Assembly: GCA_002269645.1 (NCBI GenBank)
Contig: NIVC01003152.1
Span: 52,354 to 116,353, forward strand
DNA length: 64,000 bases
From: Macrostomum lignano
Lineage: Eukaryota
Direction: 5' to 3'
Shown: one piece after another, positions 10,886 to 19,319 of the stretch
Layout of the letters: each line of letters starts with the position of its first letter
Position numbering within the stretch: position 1 is the stretch's first letter
The notes under the pieces: generated by a model
Database searches by the model: none
Told to the model about the DNA's origin: nothing
What the model saw: only the letters and a program-made list of their open reading frames with translations
Program-made: the position numbers and the translations under genes

Positions 10886-12299
10886 GTATTTAAATGCAAA
10901 CAGTATATGCATGTAGTTGCGCACTGCAGAGACAGACCGGTAAGGAGTGTCGAGTGAGTCATCAATTCAGAATCACGCCATTTGCTTAAGTTTGCTTTGC
11001 TTTTTATTGGTAGGCGCCTTGTGGTGGCCTTGGGGATTTCCCTGTCAGCCACCCCATTCTACTTGTCATCAGTGTGCAGCCACCCCACTCCCTCTATGTA
11101 CATTTTAACGTCGGTTTAACGTCGGTAAAAACCGATCGGCCAAAGTTATATACATCTACAAGCCCTTTCAAAGAATTAGAATTAGACCTAAAACACACTT
11201 ACGTAATGAAAATAAAAGTGGGCCATTTTTTTCTGAAAACTACGATACCTTTTATCCCTACGCTCCAAATACGATCCCTCCAATACAATTTTATTAATAG
11301 TGTTATCGTAATTCGAAATAAACAAGCTCTTTTGGTTTTGTCTTACGATCACCTACATATAATTTCATCATTTGAAAGCTGATGATCGTGTGACAAAAGT
11401 AAATATAAGCTGGTGAATCTTTATCATTCCTTACCTTTTGTTCAGCTATCTAATTAATCCAACTCCAATTCTTCTAGAAATATATAATTCCACCCAAGCG
11501 GCCAAGCAGAAAAACTACGTATCCAATAGGTTAGACGTCTCTGATATGTAACTTTGGCATTCTTTCGTTTTACGATCCCCTTACATTTTTCCTATAGAAC
11601 ATGGCACTTTTGTTATACGATCCCCTATGTAAAAGATAGGAGTCTTGTTTGCATATCAGTGGAATATATTTGAAGCAAGATTAGGCCTACCCTAATTAAT
11701 TGTAAGCCACGATTCTTGGCAAGAGTAGGGACATCTCTATATTCACTTCCGTTATACAATCATTCAAATAGAGGAAATGTATGGAGAGGGGTTGGATAAC
11801 AAAACTTGGGCTTTTCATCAATTTTGTAATATGATCCCCCAAGTTGAAAATTTGTTTGCAGGGGATCATGTACATTGTCTAACCCATTGTCTAGGCTACC
11901 TGATTGTTTGGTAATTTTTGGTAATTGTTTTTTTACCAAACAATTTTATTAGTCATTGATTAAAGACAGAAAAAGTGATGGGTTTTAAATTTCTACTTTA
12001 AGTAGGTCCTAAGCATTTTAAATATGAAAATAAACATGAATAATTGTAAAACTAGCCCCAATGTTAATTTATACTATGAAAATTATGTCATAGGGTTTAT
12101 AAAATGCACAAGTCTTTTAAGGCCAAGTTTTAGAAATCTATATATATTATAATTGTCATAGGGATTTTGCTTTTATCGTTGCAAATGTCCTTAAATGCTG
12201 TTACCAAGTTATAACAAGGCTAAATCTATACTTTTTTAGAATTAGCCTTAGTATTGGTCTAAGTATATGTCTGAGTATTAGTCTAAGAATTATTCTTAG

Positions 12300-13153
12300 T
12301 GAGGCAGGCCCGATGTGTTTAATATTCACGTAACCATGATTTTAAATTTCCGCCAAACTACGCTTAACAACGCATTTTTGTTAGAACGAAATCTTTGTTT
12401 TAATGGGTTTGTTTTATTCGGGAAAATTATTTTGTTAAACCGCTATAAAGAAATTTGTTTATTCACGACCCGCGCACCCCACCTCCCCCTTTTTGAGACT
12501 ATAAATACAAGCGATTGCGGGCAATTTCCCCTTTGCCCGCCGTTTCCTCGATTCGGTCAAGAAAAGCAAAACGTGTTGTCTTAGTCACTGGAAAGCAAGA
12601 CAGGAGAAAAAGCTGTAAGAGGCCAGAAAAGCCGTAAGAGGCCAAGAAAGCTGTGAGAAGCCAGAAAAGCCGTAAGAGGCCAAGAAAAACTGTAAGAAGC
12701 CAGAAAAAGCCGTAAGAGGCCAGGAAAGCTGTGAGAAGCCAGAAATAGACGGTTGACGAGTCGGGCAACTCCTTCCCAGGGAGCCCGCAACTAAATATAG
12801 GGAATTAATAGTAGTAATAATAATAGTAGTGAGATTCATAATTACATGTAGACCAGTGTTTGCCGCTCGACACTGCTACCAGGGCGCCTTGCATAGATTC
12901 AAGGAGTCCTTAGATTAGAATTCTAGACTTGATATTTTCGAAGAAGCAGCAATTGACTAAGCAATTTTATGGAGTAATAACTATCTTAATTTACAACAAC
13001 TTGGTAACAGCAGTGGGATTTTAGCAGACAGAAATATCCCCTGCGACAACTTGGTGACATCGGTAGGATAGTCTACAATTTAGTTAAACACCCCCTGGTA
13101 CAACTTGGTGCCTGCGGTAGGATAATTTCTAGAGAGAGTTTAAGCCTGCAACA
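12300..13153 (+). repeat. 5' LTR (854 bp)
   Basis: TGAGGCAGG...CCTGCAACA. Identical by eye to the 3' LTR except one extra A (GAAATATCCC vs GAAATAATCCC). Contains ~19-20-bp AAAGCYGTRAGARGCC repeats (12608-12745). Confidence 0.95.
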
Positions 13154-13156
13154 ACT

Positions 13157-13175
13157 TGGTGGCAGCGGTGGGATT
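13157..13175 (+). promoter_or_regulatory. Primer-binding site complementary to the tRNA-Leu 3' end
   Basis: TGGTGGCAGCGGTGGGATT, 3 nt after the LTR, is the reverse complement of AATCCCACCGCTGCCA-CCA, the 3' end of metazoan tRNA-Leu(AAG/UAG). Confidence 0.85.
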
Positions 13176-13202
13176 GGAATCCGACTAAGTCGACCGCTAA
13201 AG

Positions 13203-13301
13203 CGAATAACGTGAGAGTACAGCAAATAACGTGAGAGTACAGCAAATAACGTGAGAGTACAGCAAATAACGTGAGAGTACAGCAAATAACGTGAGAGTAC
13301 A
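13203..13301 (+). repeat. 20-bp tandem repeat (about 5 copies) in the retrotransposon leader, abutting the gag ATG
   Basis: AATAACGTGAGAGTACAGCA repeated. Confidence 0.9.
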
Positions 13302-14201
13302 ATGGCAGCACTTAATGACGCTATAGGTTTATTAGCAGAGGAGCTTAGGAACAGGCTAGAACTAGGGCCTATGAGGCATGTAAAGATCCAAAAGTACACT
13401 CCCAGCCAGGATGTACGAATTTGGTTGACTGCATTCGATCAAAGGTGTGATCAGGAAGGAATAGATCAGGAGCACAGGAAAACTGAACTTCTAGCTAACC
13501 TAGATCTATCGACTGCGTTTGCAGCAGTGCAGCGATTAAATTTACCCGAGGATTTGACGTATGAGGAATTTAAGGAGAGATTGGTGGAAAGATTTGGCCG
13601 GATTGGTAGCTCATCTGAGTGCAGAGAAGAGTTTAGAGGTAGGATGCAGGGTAGAAACGAGGCAACCGACGTGTTCGCCGATGCTTTGATCGAACTAGCA
13701 GCTAGGGCGTTCCCAAATATGAACGCAGAACAGCGTGAAGAGGAAGTAATCGAGCAATTTATCAAGGGAGTAAGAATTTCCTCCGATACCCGGGAGAAAC
13801 TCATTTTTGCTCAGCCCACTAGCCTGCAGGAGGCCAGACGCATGCTTAGGAGAATAGAAGCAGCCTGGCATATGTCGCATAAGAACGGTGTCAGAGTCGT
13901 GAGAGACGAAGATGATGAGAAGAGCAAGTTAGAAAAGCTAATTAAGCAGCAGAAATCTGAGCTCGAAGAGCAGAAGAAGCTAATTCAGGAACTGCAAGCT
14001 GAAAAGCAGCAGCCGCCAGTTACTCAGACTAGGCCGCAATACTATCAGCCAAGAGTTCAGGCGTTCCAGCCACAGCTTCGCCCGCTGATGCAGCAGCAGA
14101 TAAGGAGGCAGATCCCGTGGAAGCCAACACAGAATGTAGTGCGACCTGGCTTTAACAACCAGAGTCGATTCCCTGCCCGCAACCCCAATCAGGGAAACTA
14201 G
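13302..14201 (+). CDS. gag: Retrotransposon Gag (capsid-like, Q/P/R-rich tail, no CCHC knuckle), 299 aa
   Basis: Intact ORF after the PBS with retrotransposon-capsid-like segments (IWLTAF, YEEFKERLVERFG, FRGRMQ, EQFIKGV). Confidence 0.85.
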   Translation: MAALNDAIGLLAEELRNRLELGPMRHVKIQKYTPSQDVRIWLTAFDQRCDQEGIDQEHRKTELLANLDLSTAFAAVQRLNLPEDLTYEEFKERLVERFGRIGSSSECREEFRGRMQGRNEATDVFADALIELAARAFPNMNAEQREEEVIEQFIKGVRISSDTREKLIFAQPTSLQEARRMLRRIEAAWHMSHKNGVRVVRDEDDEKSKLEKLIKQQKSELEEQKKLIQELQAEKQQPPVTQTRPQYYQPRVQAFQPQLRPLMQQQIRRQIPWKPTQNVVRPGFNNQSRFPARNPNQGN

Positions 14202-17200
14202 GATTCGAGGGTCGATATTCGAGGCCACGTCCCTCTAGGAAACCCCAAAGCGAAGCTCAGGCCTCTCATTTCTCCCGCAAACCCGTTTTCAACCCACTCC
14301 CTGGAGGATGGCGACAAGTCCCATTTTCCAGGAATTCAATGCGTAATGCACCAATGCGTAATGCACCAACGCGTAATGCACCCATGTATAGAGCACCAAT
14401 GCGTAATGCACCTGTAAACAGCGCGTCTCCCATCGCGCTATCTCCTAATATGTTTGAGTTATTGGCGTCAGAGCCCAGTGAGTCAGATGCAAAAGCATCA
14501 GCATCCGAGTTGACAAAGTCCCCAGTGACTAAGCCAGCAAATGCAAAGCAGAAGGCGAGAAAATCTCGCAAAGCGAAATATCGAGAAGCTAAGAAAGCAG
14601 CTGAGAAAGCAAAAGTTGAATTGATAAGCGAGAAAAGTAGCGAAGCAATTGTCTTTGGAGACGTTGAAGGTCAAGAAATTGACTTCTTGCTTGACACCGG
14701 AGCCGGAAACTGCTTCCTGAGCAAGTCAGTATGGTCCAAGGTGATCAAGACAGAGCAAATCAGAGAAACCAATAAGAGAGTTACCACATTTGATGGTTCC
14801 TCAGTGCAGCTAGAAGGAGAAGCTAGTGTGTCTGTAACCTTTGGAGATATTCAAATTAATATTAGCTTTTTGCTGTGCAGCTATGAATGTGATAACATTC
14901 TTGGCATGGACTTCTTCCTTTCTCACTGCAAAAGCATTGATTTAGATAATGGCATGCTTGTTCTAAAGAGAGGCCTCTGTGTGCCTATGCAGTACACCCG
15001 CCAAGCAGTTAGAATTTGCCGAGTTTATACTCGAGAAAAGGCAGTAGTACCTGCTAATAGTGCATTGAGAGTTCCCATTAGGCTAGCGAAAGACCATGAG
15101 CTCAATCATGGCACTCCTATGACAGTAGAAGTGATCGGAGAAGGCGTGAGAGCCAAGGAATTGACAGTAGAGATGGTTCCGACATTGGTCACCATGAGAG
15201 ACGGCAGTGCCATCGTGGAGATCGTGAATCGACACTCTGTCGACGTGAGACTGCCGAAGTCGACATTGATTGGTCTGGCCAAGCCCATGAGAGCCAAGGA
15301 CCTCGTCTACTGGTCAGCATCGCCTTCCGCCGCCGAATCAGCTTCGCCGACAATTGCCGAAGATGCCGCACAACCCGCCGGACGTGTCTATCAAGCTCAG
15401 GCAACTGAAGATGCTTGGGTGAGCGAAATTAGTATTGGTGCCAATTTATCTGAAAGTCAGCGAAAAGCAGTAATTGATCTCGTGAGAGAGAATAGAGAAG
15501 CATTTTCCCAGCATGATTTAGACATGGGATTGACTCATCTAGTCACTCATGAAATTTCCCTGAAGGACGAGACCCCTGTTAGAATCCCTACCCGCCGCAT
15601 CCCCCCTCATCTCCAAAAGCAAGTCGACGCCCAGCTAGACGACATGCTAGCCAAGAATCTCATTCGCCCCTGCTATTCTACCTATTCTACCCCATTAGTC
15701 ATTGTGCCAAAGAAGGATGGCACCATCCGAATAGTGAGTGATTTCCGAGTGCTCAACTCTAGAGTTAACTATTTTCCCTATCCCCTCCCCAATATTCAAG
15801 AAACTTTTTCTAATCTTACTGGCAGTAGGTACTTTAGTAGTTTAGATCTTAACTCAGGTTATTGGCAAGTGCCTATAAAGGAAGAGCATAAGTTCATGAC
15901 CGCGTTCTCTACTCTGACGCGAGGACAGTTTGAGTACCAGGTTATGGCGCAAGGGTTATCCAACGCGCCCGGTACATTTCAAAGACTGATGAACTTAGTG
16001 CTAGCCGGAATCCAGCATAAGTTTGCAATGTCGTATATTGACGATATAGTTACTTACTCGAAGCAATTTGAGGAGCATTTATCCCATCTAAGAGAGGTGT
16101 TTCAGAGATTGATCACCGCAGGTTTAAAGTTGAGAGCGAAAAAGTGCAACTTATTTCACTCTGAACTCAAGTATCTAGGCCATGTGATAGGCAGAGATGG
16201 CATTCGCACAGACGAAGCCAAGATTGAAGCCATTAGGACCTGGCCAAAGCCAAAGGAAGTAAAGGAATTAAGAAGCTTTTTAGGATTGTGCAACTACTAC
16301 AGCAGATTTGTCAAAAATTATGCTGAAGTAGCGCATCCTCTTTTCCAGTTGACTCGTAAGGGAGTTCAAAACTTCCAAGCAAAATGGACAGCAAAGCATG
16401 ATGAAGCGTTTGAGCTATTGAAAACCCGTATGATGAGTACTGACGTGTTAGCATACCCTGAGTTCATAGATGATGAGAAGGTGAAGATGGTTCTCGATGT
16501 AGACGCCAGTGATGGACGCATAGGTGCCTGTTTGGGACAAATCCAATCAGACGGTGTCGAGAGACCAATCGCCTACTTTAGTCGCGCTATGAAGGAGTCA
16601 GAAAAACGCTATCCCATAACTCGCAAGGAGTTGCTAGCTCTAGTAGATGCCATGAGGCATTTCCGCTTCTATCTAATAGGAAAGAAATTTCTAGCTAGGA
16701 CCGACCATAAGGCTATACTTTGGTTATTAAGGCAGACAGAAGCCCAGGGCATTTTAGGCAGATGGATTGAGCGCCTCAACGAGTTTCAATTTGAAATCGA
16801 GCATAGGAGTGGCGCGAAACATTCAAATGCCGATAGCTTGTCCCGAAGGCCAGCCGAGGCTGCCCAGCCAGATTGTAAAGCCAATGAGAAGGCGGAAGCC
16901 GAGAAGAAGAGTCGAGAGATAAGCAAAATCACCAGCAAAGGCGTAAGAGCCGAAGTGAACCAAGAGATAAGAACTGATAAAGAGGAGTTTATCCCCAGCG
17001 AACGCGTGTGTGCAAAGCAGAACCAGAATGGGAAGGCTAAGGACAGCATGAGCGATCTGACCCAGCCCCCCACTGAGCTGAGAGAAGGAGAGACCAACCC
17101 CCCTGAGCCACAGAGGAATAAAATAGTCTCTGGTGAGAAGAGTGTAAGGATTGACAGTGTGAAAACACAGAGCTCCTGCATTATGCAATCGAGCAGAGTC

Positions 17201-18946
17201 ACCCCACAATCTGAGCACAGTGAGGAGTATGGCACGCTGAAGGTTGGAGCATTATTAGTTGACTTCCTACCCAACCCCCTGCGGAGAGAGCAGATCGTTA
17301 ATGCCCAGCGAGAAGACCCCAATATTCGCACTTTGCTAAATTGCAAACTCGAAGAAAAGGAACCCCCCGCCGAGCAAAAGAGCATTAGCTCAGAATTAAG
17401 GCAGTTGAGCAAATTTTACGAGTTAATGAAAATCGAAAGCGATATGCTTGTTATTGAAGAAGAAGGAGTAAGCAAAATTGTGTTGCCAGTGTCGCTGGAC
17501 AAATTAGTGCTGGCTGATCTACACGATAGCCCACTAGCAGGACACTTGGGTCGTGACAAGACAGTGCAAAGAGTTAGGGAGAGATTTTGGAGACCTGGCT
17601 TAGTGACAGCCATTGAGAAGTACATATCTGAGTGTATTCCGTGTTTGGAAAGCAAAAGAGGATGCCCTGTTCAGGCTCCAGTGCAGTCATTCCCAGTCAA
17701 CGAGGCATTCCACCGCCTGCATATTGATATCATAGGCCCCATTTCGAAAGAAAGCAAGAGAGGCCATAGATATGTGCTGACTGTAGTTGATAGCACTACC
17801 CGCTACCCATTCGCGTTCCCGATCCGTAATCAGAAGTCTGATACCGTGATCAAGATCTTACAGGAGCGAATTTTCAGCGAATATGGTCAATGCCATTGGA
17901 TACATACTGACAATGGGAAAACCTTCACAAGCAGACAGTTTAAAGCGTTTTGCGATTTGTACAATGTTAAACACACTTGTACCACCCCGTACCATGCCCA
18001 AAGTAATGGCTTGGTAGAGAGGTTTAACAAGCAAGTGAAATCCATCATTACCTGTTTAATTAAGAAGGACCATAGCAATTGGGATTTAATGATCCCAGCA
18101 GCGCTTGTTGCAGTGCGCACTAGTGTGAATCAAACCACAGGCTATTCACCCCATTTCCTGTTATTCGGAAGGGAGCCAGTTTTGCCACTAGACAGTCAAA
18201 TTCGCCAGCCAAATCAGTACTCAGACTATCCAGCCTATGTCGCAGATCATGCCGAAAGGCTAGAAATTGCCAGAAAAATCGTGAGAGATAAGCTCGAGAA
18301 AGTTGCTGATAATAGAAAGAATATTGCTGAAACAGCCAAGCAGCCTAAGGAAGTATCAGTAGGGAGTTTAGCGCTAATAAATAACCCGCAGTTAGACAAT
18401 GAGGAGTCTAACAAATTTCACAGAAAGAAGAGAGCCGCCTATAGAGTGATCGAACAGATCTCAGATGTAGTATTTAGAGTGCAGAGAGAGGAAGATGGTG
18501 AGCTTGTAGGGAATAAATTATTAGTGCATAGGGACAATTTAACACTAGTTCCTAATTCGACCGCAGAATTGCCAATTAAGGGAAGCCAGCAGGAGAAGCA
18601 CCGGAAGAAAAATCAGTCGAGGAGGGAACCTAAAGCTAAGGGAAGCCACCCGCCGAGGAAGCATAAGGAGGTAGTGATTAGTGAAGAGTCTGAGTCTGAC
18701 ACTGAATCTGAAGATGAACGAGTGCAATGGCAATGCCAACTGAGAGAATCCGAAACGGAACCAGCAACTGAGAGCGAAGATGAGAGCCAAGAGTCAGAGA
18801 GTGCAGTAGAAGAAGAAGGAATAATGAGCAATGCAGAAGACGCCAGAGAGAACAATGAGATTGAGCATGAGCACGAGGAAGCTAATTCAGAGAGGAGATA
18901 CAATACACGCAGGCAGGTCAGGCCCCCAAGTGCTATTGTTGCTTGA
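14198..18946 (+). CDS. pol: Pol polyprotein (protease, RT, RNase H, integrase), reached by -1 frameshift
   Basis: FLLDTGA; SYIDDIV; LDVDASD and ARTDHKA; H-x-GHLG...CIPC, HIDIIGP, TDNG, NGLVERFN. The frame is open from 14198, 47 codons before the ATG at 14339. Confidence 0.95.
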   Translation, partial: LGFEGRYSRPRPSRKPQSEAQASHFSRKPVFNPLPGGWRQVPFSRNSMRNAPMRNAPTRNAPMYRAPMRNAPVNSASPIALSPNMFELLASEPSESDAKASASELTKSPVTKPANAKQKARKSRKAKYREAKKAAEKAKVELISEKSSEAIVFGDVEGQEIDFLLDTGAGNCFLSKSVWSKVIKTEQIRETNKRVTTFDGSSVQLEGEASVSVTFGDIQINISFLLCSYECDNILGMDFFLSHCKSIDLDNGMLVLKRGLCVPMQYTRQAVRICRVYTREKAVVPANSALRVPIRLAKDHELNHGTPMTVEVIGEGVRAKELTVEMVPTLVTMRDGSAIVEIVNRHSVDVRLPKSTLIGLAKPMRAKDLVYWSASPSAAESASPTIAEDAAQPAGRVYQAQATEDAWVSEISIGANLSESQRKAVIDLVRENREAFSQHDLDMGLTHLVTHEISLKDETPVRIPTRRIPPHLQKQVDAQLDDMLAKNLIRPCYSTYSTPLVIVPKKDGTIRIVSDFRVLNSRVNYFPYPLPNIQETFSNLTGSRYFSSLDLNSGYWQVPIKEEHKFMTAFSTLTRGQFEYQVMAQGLSNAPGTFQRLMNLVLAGIQHKFAMSYIDDIVTYSKQFEEHLSHLREVFQRLITAGLKLRAKKCNLFHSELKYLGHVIGRDGIRTDEAKIEAIRTWPKPKEVKELRSFLGLCNYYSRFVKNYAEVAHPLFQLTRKGVQNFQAKWTAKHDEAFELLKTRMMSTDVLAYPEFIDDEKVKMVLDVDASDGRIGACLGQIQSDGVERPIAYFSRAMKESEKRYPITRKELLALVDAMRHFRFYLIGKKFLARTDHKAILWLLRQTEAQGILGRWIERLNEFQFEIEHRSGAKHSNADSLSRRPAEAAQPDCKANEKAEAEKKSREISKITSKGVRAEVNQEIRTDKEEFIPSERVCAKQNQNGKAKDSMSDLTQPPTELREGETNPPEPQRNKIVSGEKSVRIDSVKTQSSCIMQSSRVTPQSEHSEEYGTLKVGALLVDFLPNPLRREQIVNAQREDPNIRTLLNCKLEEKEPPAEQKSISSELRQLSKFYELMKIESDMLVIEEEGVSKIVLPVSLDKLVLADLHDSPLAGHLGRDKTVQRVRERFWRPGLVTAIEKYISECIPCLESKRGCPVQAPVQSFPVNEAFHRLHIDIIGPISKESKRGHRYVLTVVDSTTRYPFAFPIRNQKSDTVIKILQERIFSEYGQCHWIHTDNGKTFTSRQFKAFCDLYNVKHTCTTPYHAQSNGLVERFNKQVKSIITCLIKKDHSNWDLMIPAALVAVRTSVNQTTGYSPHFLLFGREPVLPLDSQIRQPNQYSDYPAYVADHAERLEIARKIVRDKLEKVADNRKNIAETAKQPKEVSVGSLALINNPQLDNEESNKFHRKKRAAYRVIEQISDVVFRVQREEDGELVGNKLLVHRDNLTLVPNSTAELPIKGSQQEKHRKKNQSRREPKAKGSHPPRKHKEVVISEESESDTESEDERVQWQCQLRESETEPATESEDESQESESAVEEEGIMSNAEDARENNEIEHEHEEANSERRYNTRRQVRPPSAIVA

Positions 18947-19029
18947 AGCGGCTGGCCACTGTGCTGTCTTTGTTGAACAATCTCAGTTTCTGAGTGGAGG
19001 AGAAGGAAGGAAGGAGAAGGAGGAGTGAG

Positions 19030-19250
19030 AGCCAATGAGAGGAGGCGTAGAAGTGAAGGGATTTCGAGGCCGTGGATAGGGGGAGAGAGGCGAAGAGACC
19101 GACAGCCAATAAGGAAGAATCATCAGCCAATGAGAGAAGACCTGCCATTTAAACAAATAATTGTTTGTTTGAATAAGCTTGAAACATGATACCCCCCAAA
19201 GTGGAATGTTTGTAAACCTATATAAGCGAGATCCCTGACGCAATCAGTTC
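19030..19250 (+). promoter_or_regulatory. Putative internal Pol II promoter upstream of ORF3
   Basis: AGCCAAT at 19030, 19104 and 19125; TATATAA at 19219-19225; TCAGTT (Inr-like) at 19244-19249; ATG at 19320. Confidence 0.6.
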
Positions 19251-19319
19251 CTCATCCTCAACAGAGCAATAAGGCAGCAATTAAGTAGCAATAAAGAAGC
19301 AGTCAAGAGCAAATCCGTT

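Larger units (their letters stand above)
4028..11155. mobile_element. 7.1-kb foldback-like non-autonomous element: long inverted arms with internal tandem repeats, 8-bp TSD, captured TE fragments
   Basis: 4028-~4290 is the reverse complement of ~10890-11155 (one mismatch seen). TSD CTACAAGC at 4020-4027 and 11156-11163. Arms continue as inverted tandem arrays. No transposase inside. Confidence 0.88.

Noticed and set aside
12315-12839. Small ORFs duplicated at 21175-21699
   Set aside because: They lie inside the LTRs; the duplication simply reflects LTR identity.
12994-13175. CRISPR-like repeat-spacer appearance
   Set aside because: Eukaryotic LTR context, degenerate repeats identical to the PBS junction and no cas genes; reported instead as a PBS array.
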